From Octopus sinensis (lineage: Eukaryota), in the NCBI RefSeq assembly GCF_006345805.1, contig NC_042999.1, positions 4,526,001 to 4,590,000 on the forward strand: 64,000 nucleotides of DNA. The letters are read 5' to 3'. The notes beneath the pieces are model-generated. The model did no database searches. It had not been told where the DNA came from and saw only the letters and a program-made list of their open reading frames with translations. The first letter of the stretch is position 1, and the number at the start of each line of letters is the position of its first letter. Below, in pieces: positions 39,946 to 54,784 of this stretch. The translations under genes were made by a program, and so were the position numbers.

Positions 39946-41202
39946 CATTGATGTGATATCAAAAAGTTCCCAGACTAATTCTCTAGCACACCAACAGATG
40001 GCAGCACACAGTTGCATGCTTGGTGAGAGCCAGCCTTGTGCCAAATGAATTCACTGTGTTTACTTTGCAACTGCTGAAATTTGTGATGCCAAGTATACTG
40101 TAGCTACGATTTTGTCACGAACAGGAAGTTGGAAGAAAGAGTGAACGCGAAATTTAGAGTTAAACTTGAGAATTCTGCTACAGAGACATTGAGCAAACTT
40201 ACAACAAATTACAGAGATGAGGCAATGGGTAGTACACAATATTTTGAGTATCACAGGCATTTCAAAAGCAGAAGAACATCCCTGGAATATGATGAGTGAT
40301 CTAGAGAAAAACTGGCCACAAGTGCCATCCCAGGAAATGTGGAGAAAATTCATCAGCTTGTAGATGAGGGTCATCGGAGGAGGGTCAGTGACATTGCTGA
40401 TGTTGTTGTTGTTCTGTTGTATTCCTCCATGTAGGAATTCCCAATGTTTGAAATGAACATGTGGCATGTCACTGCTGAATTTGTCCCCTGCCTGCTGACC
40501 ACTAAGCAGAAAGAACATCCTGAGTGTGTCAAGATCGCTATCAGTGTGCCACAGATGACCCATCCTTTGTGTCAAGGATTATCACTGGTGACAAGAGTAG
40601 GGTCTACGAGTATGACGCTGAGACAAAGCAGCAGCTGTCCTAATAGAAGAGTCCTTCATCTCCATGACCGACAAAGGCTTAACAAAACTGCACCTCAAGT
40701 AAGAGCACACTCACCATTTTATTTCAACAACCACAGTAATTGGGCATCGAGAATTCTTGCCCCAAAGCCAGACTGTCAACTGAGAGTTCTACTGCAATAT
40801 TTTGAAGAATGTGAAGGAGGACATTTGGCAAAACTGACCAGTGGAGCACAAAGAACAGGATTCTTGACAATGACCCCTGTCACCAAGCTCTCCTCACTCA
40901 TGAATTTTCTCCAAAAACCAGCATGGTACCACTCTTGCACCCACCTTATTAACAAGATTTTGCAGCTACAGACTTCCATCTCTTCTCCAAGATGAAAGTG
41001 CAGCTCAAAGGTCACCATTCCAACACCATTGTCAAGATCGAGAGCAAATCACAGAAGGTCCTCAACTCACTTAAGGAAAACGATATCCAAGCCGGATTCC
41101 AGAAGTGGCAGGAATGCAAGGCGACAATTTCGAAAACTTAGGTAAATAAGTTGATTTGTATTAAACGTAACTAGTCTGGGGACATTTTGATACCACCTTG
41201 TA
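39946..41202 (+). mobile_element. Decayed full-length mariner transposon
   Basis: TIRs gatatcaaaaagttcccagacta and tagtctggggacattttgataccacc. Remnants FVPCLLT, IITGDKSRVYEYD and DFHLFSKMKVQLKG. Confidence 0.85.
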
Positions 41203-41339
41203 TGTGTATATACATATGTGTGTGTGTATATAAATATTATACATATATACATACATATAAATATATATAAATGCAAGTATATATACATACATATATATAC
41301 ATTACACACACACACACGTATGTATGTGTATATATGTAT

Positions 41340-43368
41340 ATCATCATCATCATCATCGTTTAGCGTCCGTTTTCCATGCTAGCATGGGTTGGACGGTTCT
41401 ACTGGGGTCTGTGAAGCCAGAAGGCTTCATCAGGCCCAGTCAAATCTGGCAGTGTTTCTACGGCTGGATGCCCTTCCTAACGCCAACCACTCCGTGAGTG
41501 TAGTGGGTGCTTTTTACGTGCCACCCGCACTGGTGCCAGACAGAGCTGGCAAACGGCCATGAACGGATGGTGCTTTTATGTGCCACCGGCACGAGGGCCA
41601 GGCGAGGCTGGCAACGGACACGAAACGGGGCGGTGCTGGCAACGGTCGCGAAACGGAAAGTTCTCTTACATGCCACCGGCACTGGTAACACATCTGCAAT
41701 TTCCATTGATCGATTTCCATTGATCGATTTTGATTCTGATCGTCACTTGCCTCAACGGGTCTTCACAAGCAGAGTTTTGACATGCCACCGGCACTGGTAG
41801 CACATCCGCAATTTCCATTGATCGATTTCGATTCTGATCCTCACTTGCCTCATCACGTCTTCACAAGTAGAGTTTTGTGTCCCAAGAAGGGAAGGTATGC
41901 ATACGTAGGCTGGCTCCATCCCATGTAGAAGGCCACGGGTTATGGACTCACTTGTCCTGCCGGGTCTTCTCGCGCACAGCACACTTCCAGAGGTCTCGGT
42001 CTCTAGTCATTTCCTCAGTGAGACCTAAAGTTCGAAGGTCGTGCTTCACCACCTCGTCCCAGGTTTTCCTGGGTCTGCCTCTTCCACAGGTTCCCTCCAC
42101 CGCTAGGGTGTGGCACTTTTTCACACAACTATCTTCATCCATTCTCGCCACATGACCATACCAGCGCAAACGTCTCTCTTGCACACCACAACTGATGCTT
42201 CTTAGGTCCAGCTTTTCTCTCAAGGTACTTACACTCTGCCGAGTGTGAGTACCGGCATTACACATCCATCGGAGCATACTGGCTTCATTTCTAGCGAGCT
42301 TACGCATATCCTCAGCAGTCACGGCCCATGTTTCACTGCCATGTAGCATGGCTGTTCGTACACACGCATCATACAGTCTGCCTTTCACTCTGTGCGAGAG
42401 GCCTTTTGTCACCAGTAGAGGTAAGAGCTCTCTGAACTTTGCCCAAGCTATTCTTACTCTAGCAGTTACACTTTCAGCACACCCGCCCCCGCTGCTGACT
42501 TGGTCACCTAGGTAACGGAAACTATCAACTATTTCTAGTTTTTCTCCCTGGAAAGTGACGGAAGTTGGTCTCTCAGAGCATTTTCAGTGTTTATTGTTCC
42601 TGAGCATCTGCCACATACAAAAACCATCTTCCTAGTTAGCTTTCCTTTGACATTGCTGCATCTCTTATGTGTCCATAGCTTACACTTGGTGCATCTTATA
42701 GAGTTTCTACCTACACCTTTTCTACAGATCGAGCAGGGCCATCTACCTGAAGGTGTTTGTGATTGTCTACCTTCCTACTGATTACGACTTTGGTTTTAGC
42801 TAGATTGACTCTGAGGCCCTTCGATTCTAATCCTTGTTTCCACACCTGAAACTTCTCCTCCAGTTCTGATAGCGACTCAGCAATTAGAGCAAGGTCATCA
42901 GCATAGAGGAGCTCCCAAGGGCATCTTGTCTTGAATTCCTCCGTTATTGCCTGGAGGACTATGATAAATAGGAGGGGGCTGAGTACTGAGCCTTGGTGGA
43001 CTCCTACCTCTACCCGGAATTCTTCACTGTACACATTTCCAACCCTCACCCTACTAGCAGCGTCCCTGTACATGGCTTGCACAGCTCTCACTAACCATTC
43101 ATCTATCCCTAGTTTCCTCATTGCCCACCAGATAAGGGATCGGGGGACCCTGTCGAAGGCTTTCTCCATGTCAACAAAAGCCAGGTACAGGGGCTTATCT
43201 TTGGCTAGGTATTTCTCCTGCAGCTGCCTTACCAGGAATATAGCATCAGTAGTACTTTTCCCTGGCACAAACCCAAACTGCATCTCATCTAAACTAACTC
43301 TCTCTCTAATTAGTTGGGCTATGACCCTCTCCGTAACCTTCATCACCTGGTCCAACAGCTTGATGCCT
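41340..43368 (-). mobile_element. 5'-truncated, comparatively young RTE-clade LINE (RT, PHD-like finger, 3' UTR, (GAT)n tail)
   Basis: ORFs 42711-43421 (QFGFVPGKSTTDAIF, FVDMEKAFD, GVHQGSVLSP, LLYADD) and 41948-42412 (LHGSETW, RRLRWYGHV, GRGRPRKTW). About two frameshifts. Confidence 0.95.
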
Positions 43369-43744
43369 CTATATATATATATACACACACACACACACAT
43401 TAAGGCAATTAATTCCCCCAAATTACTAGGTATTGAACCAGTATTTCCTTGGATGAAACTACCTCTTCATGAGGTTAACACAACCTCTTAACCGAATATG
43501 TGTCTGTGTATATATACGTATAGATATATATTTATGTGTATGTATATATATATATATACATATACGTGTGTGTGTGTGTGTATATAATATATATATACAC
43601 ACACACACATGTATATACATGTATATATGTGGTGCACCTGAGCACTGTATACAATAATTTAATTATCATGTATATATATGTATATATATATATATACATA
43701 TGTATATACATATGATATACATATATATACATGTATATGTATAT

Positions 43745-44075
43745 ACAACAGCAGAACAGGGCACCACTGCATGGTGCCAAAGATCCCAACATCACCATCA
43801 AAGTACAGGACCAGATACTACAACAGCTTGGGTTTCAGAGGACCACAGCTCTTCAATATCCTTCTTAAATGCCTGAGAGATCTGCATGGTGTGGATGTGG
43901 GTTTCTTTAAAACTAAACTGGATCTCTTCTTGTCAGGGGCCCCAGATGAACCTACCTCTCAGCAGGAAACACAGATGCAGGCAGCGGCATCAAACTCCCT
44001 TGTTGATCAAGTGCCACATATCAGAGGTGGTTCCACATATAGTGTAGCTCATTCAACGGTGGTGCCCCAGCATGG
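43745..44075 (+). mobile_element. CR1/L2-group LINE 3' fragment (second copy at 39145-39460)
   Basis: SLGFRGPQLFNIL...FKTKLDLFLSGAPDEP...NSLVDQ motif. Confidence 0.75.
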
Positions 44076-44299
44076 CTGCAGTGTTCAGGCTGAAACATTT
44101 TTAAGGATTTATGAATATACATATATATATATATACATATATATGTATATGTATATATATGTATATGGCCTGCTCGCTTAGCTGGCGGGGTGGCGTTGTT
44201 TGAAGGCTAAAATAATGCAAAGCACATTGTGACCAGCGATGTGTAGCGACATCTGATAGCATGGTCGGTCACTGTGATTACGGTAATATATGTATGTCT

Positions 44300-44305
44300 G
44301 TATGA

Positions 44306-44343
<38 letters not shown>

Positions 44344-44586
44344 CATAAAGTATATATATATATGTATGTATGGAGTATAAATATATATATATATATATAT
44401 ATAGGTGTGTATGAGTCAAAATATATAATATATATATATTATCTATATATATAGTGTGTGTATTATTATATATGGTATGGTGATGGATATGATTTATATA
44501 TGTGTGTATATAATATGGGGAGATATAATAAATAATATATATATGTGTGTGTGTATGAGTATAATAATATATATATATATGTGTAG

Positions 44587-44620
<34 letters not shown>

Positions 44621-45179
44621 TATATATATATAGATATATGTATGAGTATAAATTATATATTATATATATATATATATAGGTATGAGTATAAATATTATAT
44701 ATATATATATATATATATGTATGAGTATAAATATATATATATATATATATATATGAGTAATATTAAATATATATATATATATGTATGAGTATAAATATAT
44801 ATATATATATATGTATGAGTATAATAATATATATATATATATATGTATGGAGATAAATATATATTATATATATAGATGTATGAGTATAAAATATATGATT
44901 ATATATATATATATATGTATGAGTATAAATATATAGTATATATTATGAGTATGAATATAAATATTATATTATATATATATATATATATGAGTTAAACTAT
45001 ATATATATATTATATATATGTATGAGTATAAATATATTATATATATATATTATGTATGAGTATATAATATATATATAATATATATATATGTATGAGTATA
45101 AATATATATATATATATATATATATGTATGAGTATAAAATATATTATATCTATATATATATATATATTATATGTATGAG

Positions 45180-45221
<42 letters not shown>

Positions 45222-45500
45222 ATATATATTATATATATATATATATATATGTATGAGTATAAATATATATATATTAGATATATATATAATGGCGGTGCCC
45301 CAGCATGGCCACAGCTCATAAGCTGAAAATGGAATCAATCATATATATATATATATGTATGAGTTAAAGATATAATATATATATATATATATATATTATA
45401 TAATATATATATGTATGAGTATAAAATATATATATAATTATATATATATGTATGAGTATAAAATATATATATATATATATTATATATATATATATATATA
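44300..45500. repeat. (TA)n-based compound minisatellite with recurring TATGAGTATAAAT anchor
   Basis: More than 20 copies of the anchor separated by variable (TA)n tracts. Confidence 0.9.
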
Positions 45501-45762
45501 TAATTAAATGCAGGTTTTATTCAAATGTTTTATACTTCCCACATCCATTTCAAAGAAAACATTGGTTTTATTGCTGAGGGGATAAAATGATGTAAAACAA
45601 TGTAATCATCTTGTCAGGGAAAAAAGGGAAACAAAACACATCAAGAAGCCATTTTAACCGAATGTGATTACCACGTACATGATGAAGGGATCGCTGGAAA
45701 GTTATTTTTTAAAAAACTGTTAATGGATTTAATATCAAAGGCAATTCAGAGACAGAGGTTTC

Positions 45763-45799
<37 letters not shown>

Positions 45800-46846
45800 A
45801 TATATATATACACACACACATATATATATATACACACATATATATATATATGTATGTATGTATGTATATGTGTGTGTGTGTATATATATATATATTATAC
45901 GTATGTATATGTATATAAATGTATATATATGTGTGTATATATATGTATATATACACAAGTTATATATACATATTATATATATATATTCAGCATATGACAA
46001 ATTTAGCTTTGGGCTTTCATTGTTAATTGCATTCAATGGTCACACGATGTTTTGCGCAGCGTGAAGAGGAACATACTGGAAAGAAAGAGCACATCAACAA
46101 AGCGAGAGAAGACCATGGACTTGAACTCAGTATTTCATCTGTTACAGACGTTTCAGTACTCAGCAACACATGATGTGATGCTGCAAATGCAATCTGTAGA
46201 TGCACCTCAGAAGTGCAGCATCAGTAAGCAAACATTATTTAGAGCAATAAATGACAAATGCAAATAACAGGCAACATGCAGTAACCGAATTCCCATCGCG
46301 AAGGGGGACAAGGCTGAAAGGAGAGGGAAAGAAGTGGGGTCAGACAGATGTGGACAGGTATTGGGGATAATCCAGGTGAGCTGCTAACCATGATATGGGG
46401 ACACAGGACCTTACGATAGAAAAAAATGGATGAGCAATTAAGATAAGACATCGAATGGTCAAGAATACAGTTTTGGTGTAATAAGCAAAAAGCAGTGGTG
46501 TTGTGGTGTCAGCATTCACCATTGGTAGACGCGTCTGGTTAAATGTCCACAAAGACATCTAAAAACATACAGATGTACATTTATGCACTCACACCAACAC
46601 ACACCCAAACAGACTCAAACATGTATACATGAACACATATACACGGCATGTAAAAGCACCCACTACACTCGCAGAGTGGTTGGCGTTTGGAAGGGCATCC
46701 AGCTGTAGAAACTCTGCCAGATCAAGATTGGAGCCTGGTGCAACCATCTGGTTCGCCAGCCCTCAGTCAAATCGTCCAACCCATGCTAGCATGGAAAGCG
46801 GACGTTAAACGATGATGATGATGATATATATATACATATACACAAA

Positions 46847-46900
<54 letters not shown>

Positions 46901-48163
46901 ATTCATACATACATCTATCTACAGAGATATACAAAAACACACACACACACATATATACACATACATCAACCCCATAGCAGTATCATCATCATCATCATTA
47001 TAGTAATTTTCATATGCATTATAAATACATGTGAAACTTACTATAATGATGATGATGATGATGGTGGTAATAGGACAACAATAATAATAATGAGAAGAAG
47101 AAGAAGAGGTTAGATGGTTGTATCTGGAAACAAATGGAGACGATACAACACAGCAAACAGTGAGAGTAACAAAAGTAACAATAATAATAACAATAAAAAC
47201 AATAAAAATAACAATAAAAACAATAATGAAAATAACAACAAGAAGAATAATCCTTTCAACAAAATGCACAAGACCTAAATTTCAGGGGTGAATCCTAATT
47301 AATTACATCGACCCCAGTACACAACTGGTACTTATTTTATCGACCCCAAAAGGATTAAAGGCAACATTGACTCTGGCAGGAATTGAACTCAGAACGTAAA
47401 CTAAGCATTTTGTCCAGCACAACAACAATAATCTGCTCTACTATTGGGAGAAAGGGATAATTGAGTACATCGACCCCAATACTCAATTGATGCTTATTTC
47501 ATCAAGCCAGAAAGGATGAAAGGCAAAGTCGACCTCGGCACAGTTTGAACTCAGAACATAAAGACAGACAAACCACCACAAAACACTTTATCCAGTCTGC
47601 TAACGATTCTGCCAGCTCCCTACCTTCAAGACCCTTCCCATGTCATATGGATTTATATGGCTGATTACCCGGGTTCTGTAGTACATGTCTTCCCCACCGT
47701 TCCTGGATGGGATGCTAGTCTGTCACAGGAGAACTCATTTTTGGCAGCTGAGTAGACTGGAGCAACATGAAATGAAGTGTCTTGCTCAAGAACACAATGT
47801 GTCGCCTCATCAAGGAATTGGAACCACAGTCTTAGAATCATTAGCTCAACACCCTAACCACCAAACCAAGCAACCTGACAAACATTAACAATAACAAAAA
47901 CAACAATAATTATAACAACACCACCAACAAAAATAAGAATAATAACAACAACAATAACAATCCATTCTGTCAAAGGTACAAGAGCAGAAATTTTAGGGAG
48001 CATGGATTAACTGATTATATCAGCCACCAGTACCTGACTTGACCACATACACACACACACACAAGTACATGTGTGTATGCACATATATATTTGTGTGTGA
48101 ATATGTGTGTGTGTGTGTGTATATATATACATATATATATAAATATGTATTAGAAAAAATAAT

Positions 48164-48808
48164 AGGTACTCAGAGATCTAGATGGTTGTACATTTACAGA
48201 TTTTTATTAGTATGTCACATGTTTTTATAAATCATACATTAGCGCTTGCATCTACTCCAGATTCTGGACATTCTACTAGAGTGGATGCAAGCGCTAATGT
48301 ATGAGTCATAAAAACATGTGACATACTAATAAATATCTGTAAATATAAAACCATCCAGATTTCTGAGTACCTTATTTCTTCTAATATATAATACCTGTAC
48401 ATCACCTCCAAACCTAATATATATATAATATATATATATAATATATAATATATATATATAATCATGGTACCGTAATAAAAAATCATTCACACTGAAAGCA
48501 TATATATATATATATATATATATTATGCTTTCAGTGTGAATGATTTTTTATTACGGTACCATGATTATAATGCTGTAAATAATAACAATGGTACTTTTAT
48601 GTAAGTTTAAATTTCATGCCAATCACCGTGCAATGACTAAAGAAAATAACAGGGCATATAAGCCCTTGACAGAAAAAAGAAGGCTTTCCTATCCATGTAG
48701 GAAAACCTTTTTTTCTGTCAAGGGCTTATCTGCCCCTTTATTAGACTATTTTCTTTAGTCATTGCACGGTGATTGGCATGAACTTTAAACTTACATAAAA
48801 GTTACCGT

Positions 48809-48845
<37 letters not shown>

Positions 48846-49430
48846 TATATATATATATATATATATGGTTTATAGATTAGAGACAGGTATTCTCTGTATA
48901 GACTACACTTTGTAGTGCTCAAGAGATTTGAACTTGAGCAGGCAGAGGAGAAAATGTAAGGACAAGCAATTTAAGCAAATCAATATACGAAAATTATTAA
49001 ATACATTTAATACAAAAAATGTACAATGTTTACATATGAAAAAGTCCAGCTTACACAGAATAGAAATGATATCAGGAATTAAAGGGGTTGAATAAGAGTT
49101 TTACTAGTCCACCATCTGTTTCTAGGGGTTTGGTGTTCCAAAATAATTATTGTAAATTGATTCCATCATCGGATACTACCAGCCTCCATCTTCAGGGAAG
49201 AATTTTAAACTTCATTCTATTAACATCTCAAATGTAAAATTCTTCCCTGAAGATGGAGGCTAGTAGTATCCGATGATGGAACCAATTTACAATCATTAAT
49301 TTGGACCACTAAGCCCCCAGAAACAGCTGTTGGACTCGTAAAACTCTTATTCAAATCCTTTAACCCCTGATATCATTTCTACTCTGTGTAAGTCAGACCT
49401 TTTTATATTTAAATATATGTACATTTTTAT
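48164..49430. repeat. Cluster of four consecutive fold-back inverted repeats
   Basis: 48164-48372 (arms about 94 bp), 48461-48565 (perfect 40-bp arms around (TA)n), 48583-48813 (arms about 110 bp) and 49012-49430 (arms about 200 bp). Confidence 0.9.
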
Positions 49431-52400
49431 TTGTTTTAACCCTTTAGTGTTTAAACTGGCCATATCTGGCCCAAATATTCTGTATGTTTTATGTTCAAAC
49501 TGGCCAGATTCTGCCTCTCACACCTAACCTACATTGACATTCTTAAAATAAACTATCACATCATTGAAACCTCAAAGCTATAACGTAATGTATGATTAAT
49601 TCAAAACAATTTGAGTGAAAAAGTATTACATTTAACAGAGTAATCTGAACACTAAAGGGTTAAATGTATTTAATATTTTTTGTATCTCAACTTGCCTAAC
49701 TTGCTTGTCCTTATATTTACTCCTATATATATATATATATATAATGTATGTGTGTGTGTACATGTGTATATTTATGTATATGCCTATGCATATACTGTAT
49801 TTTCGGGTATATAAGGCACATTCCAATTTTGGCAGATGTAATCTGCAGGAAAAAAAAACTCCAGCTAACCTGGAATCCTCTAGCTAATTGCCTCATACAT
49901 TTCCATGTAAAGGAACCATGGAAACTTAGACTAATGCCCTTTTGGTAAGCTCAGTTACCTCTACCAAATATCACCATTGACCTCCAGTGTCACTAGTATT
50001 TCCCATCATTAATAATGCTAACCAATTCTACCCATTGGTATATAAAGATGCAGGGTGACTTTTGGGGGTAATTTTTTGGAAAAAATAGGGCACCTTATAT
50101 ACCAGAAAATACAGTGTGTGTGTGTGTGTGTGAAAACAGGTGATTGGAGAACTTTTGGTATTATCTATTGACCATTAACACATGTTTCAGTTGCTAACAG
50201 GAGTTACAAAACTGTACATGAGTAGAAAACCTGTTATATATCTCCAGATAAAAATTCTTCAGGCAGAGAATGAAGTAATATTATTAATCGGTGGCACGTA
50301 AAAAGCACCATTTGAGTGTGATTGTTACCAGCATTACCTTACTGGCACATGAACAAAACATTCAAGCGAGGTTGTTGCCAGTACCGCTGGACTGGTTCCT
50401 GTGCAGGCGGCACCTAAAAAAACACCATTTGAGCGTGCCCTTTGCCAGTACCGCCAGACTGCGCCCTCATGCCAGTGGCACATAAAAGCACCCACTACAC
50501 TCTCGGAGTGGTTGGCATTAGGAAGGGCATCCAGCTGTAGAAACTCTGCCAGATCAAGATTGGAGCCTGTTGCAGCTATCTGGTTCGCCAGTCCTCAGTC
50601 ATTCGTCCAACCCATGCTAGCATGGAAAGCGGATGTTAAACGATGATGATGAATAATATTTGATTTTGTCTGAAGAATTTCTAATAGGAGATATCTTACG
50701 TGTTTTATACTACCAGTACAATTTTCTAACACCTATTAGCAAATGAAACACGTGTAAGGGTGAATAAATATACCAAACAATTTTCCAGTATTTCAACTCT
50801 TATGCATACTTCATACAAACATAACATCTTCAAATGGATTTGGAAAACTGAAATAAGCAGCAGATGTATTTCAAAAGGTCCACACCTTGGATTTTAATCC
50901 AATCTATATTATACATGCATCCATCTATACATACATACAAGTAGTATATCTTGTGTGACTGCTACAGTCATGTTCAGAGCGCCACACAGATTATCCCATT
51001 CCAGTAGAGTAGCATTACTACTCATGTGATACAGAGGAAATGCAGACGAAATTAAGATAAACACAAATTTATATTACACTGTGTAACACGATTCTTGTCC
51101 TTGGGCAGTGACTGTTATTTCCTATTTGCTTATCCCTAGAAAGTACATGAAATGGCTAATATTTCCTTCAAACTTTGCTTTTGTTATATTTATTCAAACT
51201 CCAAAGAATCCCTCTCAACACATGGCTACGATGCTCCCCCACTACTCCTGGTCATAGTCAGAGATGCACATATTGTCATCTACTAAAGAACATGCTCAAA
51301 TGATTATGGTCAAGCAACTGACAAGCAAATCTGTGGTATTGAGCAGAATATTCACTATAACAATATTTCTGCTTCAACAATTCAGCACTGAGTTTGTTTG
51401 AAATACAATGGAAAATAGTTCAGTTTCAAGACATTGATGTCCAGGTCACAAAAGCAAAGTTTGAAGGGAATGGCAATCATTTCCTTTGATTTCTAGAGAA
51501 ATAACAAATGAGAAATAACTCTTAGTGACCAAAGACAAAAAGGAATTTTAATTTTATTACAGTGTTATTAGTTCCTACATATTTCACCATTATGTCTGCT
51601 TGAAACCCCACTTTGGGTGTTCCAAATGCATTTGGATGCTTAACCAGAAAAGATTGGCAGGAAACACTTTATTACATTAAGTTGCAGAGAACTAATGTCA
51701 GGAGTTGGGGAGATGGCAAAGCATTTTGTGAGGGAAACAGAGCGAAAGCGATTAGCAAAGGAAGAAGAAAAAGTAAACTAAGAAATAAGAGAGAGGGGGG
51801 ATGAGAGAGAATGAGAGCCAGAGAAGACAAATAGAGAATAAAGAGAGAGGAAGGAAGAAAGTAATTTAGACAACCATAAGAGGAAGAAACAAAAATATAG
51901 AAATATATAACATGGTCATTTAAGTGAAATTAATATATAAATTATTATTATTATTATTATATATATTATCTATTTATAATATACTTCAATCTGGTTAAGC
52001 AACCATATATGTATTTGGAAAACTCGATGCTGGGTTTGAAGAAACTATAAGGGGAAACATGGAGAAATTAATAATATACACTTGCATTTATCTTAATTTC
52101 CCCTATGTACATGTATGTATATATATGTGTGTGTGTGTATATACACACAGCAGTAGGACTGAACAAGAAACCTGGTGGTGGGGAAGCAAGACCCCCTCAA
52201 CCATACACCCATGCCTGCATGAATCTGCTAATCATTTCAAAATCAGTAAACCATGCAACCAAGACGAACAAACATTAAACTGAGATGGCAATTAATAAGA
52301 GAAGATTATGTAGTTCCCATGCCGCACATCAAACATTCCAACCTTTCACCCTGTTTACATGAAAATAAAGCAAATGATGAGTCTTTGATTTTTTTTTTAA

Positions 52401-53049
52401 TGAAAGCAAAAGAAACACACAAAATGATTAGAAATGAGAAAAAGCTTTAAGATTAAGGATGAAGAGAGGCAAGACAAAAGGATCCCCTTTTTTTCTGTTC
52501 ATGTCAAAAGAGACAACAGCGAGACAACAAACATTCAATTTTCACTAGAGATATAGATAGACACACAGACAGACAGGATGAAAGAGCGACAGGAGGAGAA
52601 GAATTGACCACCACCCCCACTACATAACTGGTACTTTATCGACCTTGAAAGAATGAGAAGCAGAGTTGACCTCGGAGCACAATGAAGGTGGAACAATTAC
52701 CACAAAATAAACGAACTGATGCTCTAACAACTTGGCTAATGAACCAACTAATACAATGTGGTTGGGAAGCAAACTTCTTAACCACACAGCCACATTTGTA
52801 TCTGCGTATATATATATATCAGGGACATGCCGTCTAGGCAGGCAACATAAAACACAATACATCAATGGCAATATTTTCCACTCGTGGCAAAATATGTACT
52901 TAATTCAATAAAATCATGAAGGTTTCTCTGGTTACTATGCATAAAATGAGATGCAAATCTGCCTTCATCTCAGTCGTGCACCGGTATTTCACTTATTTTT
53001 TTGTGTTTTACTACATAAACTACCTACCCTGAGTAATTGCTTCTAGCAC

Positions 53050-53056
53050 GTGCCTG

Positions 53057-53091
<35 letters not shown>

Positions 53092-53130
53092 TATATATAC
53101 ATATACACACACACACACACACACATATAT

Positions 53131-53161
<31 letters not shown>

Positions 53162-54029
53162 TACATATACACACACACACACATATATACATATACACAC
53201 ACACACACACATATACATATACACACACACACACACATATATACATACACACACACACATATATACATACACACACACACATATATACATATACACACAC
53301 ACATATATATATACACACACACACACACACATACATATACACACACACATATATACATATACACACACACACATATATATATACACACACACACATATAT
53401 ACATATACACACACACACATATATACATATACACACACACACATATATACATACACACACACACATATATACATACCACACACACACACACTATACATAT
53501 ACACACACACACACATATATATACACACACACACATATATACATATACACACACACACACATATATACATATACACACACACACACATATATACATATAC
53601 ACACACACACACATATATACATATACACACCACACACATATATACATATACACACACACACATATATACATATACACACACACACATATATACATATACA
53701 CACACACACATATATACATATACACACACACATATATACATATACACACACACACACATATATACATATACACACACACACATATACATATACACACACA
53801 ACATATATACATATACACACACACATATACATATACACACACACCACATATATATACATATACACACACACACATATATACATATACACACACACACATA
53901 TATACATATACACACACACACATATATACATATACACACACACACATATATACATATACACACACACACACATATACATATACACACACACATATATACA
54001 TATACACACACACACACACATATACATAT

Positions 54030-54060
<31 letters not shown>

Positions 54061-54551
54061 TATATATACACACACATATATATATACATACACACACATA
54101 TATACATATATACACACACACATATATACATATATACACACACACATATATACATATATACACACACACATATATACATATACACATACATATATACATA
54201 TACACATACATATATACATATATATACACACACACACACATATATATATATACATACACACACATATATACATATACACACATATATACATATACACACA
54301 CACATATACATATACACACACACACATATATACACACACACATATATACACACACACATATATCACACACACACATATTATACACACACACACAACACAT
54401 ATACACACACACACACATATATACACACACACACACACCACACACATATATACACACACACACATATTATACACACACACACCACATATATACACACACC
54501 ACACACATATATACCACACACACATATATATACACACACACACATATATAT

Positions 54552-54604
<53 letters not shown>

Positions 54605-54699
54605 CCACATATATACACACACACACACCACATATATACATACCACACACATATATACACACACACACACACATATATACACACACACACCACATATAT

Positions 54700-54739
<40 letters not shown>

Positions 54740-54740
54740 T
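53050..54740. repeat. About 1.7-kb compound (CA)n/(TA)n microsatellite
   Basis: Directly visible. It is the source of the spurious 431-579 aa ORFs. Confidence 0.97.
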
Positions 54741-54784
54741 TGGAAGGAAATATTTTTACATGTTGGCTTGTAGTGATAAAACCC

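Noticed and set aside
46020-46560. Non-repetitive-looking block in the large intron, considered as an extra MIC19 exon or a LINE endonuclease remnant
   Set aside because: I found no convincing minus-strand exon and only vague motif similarity.
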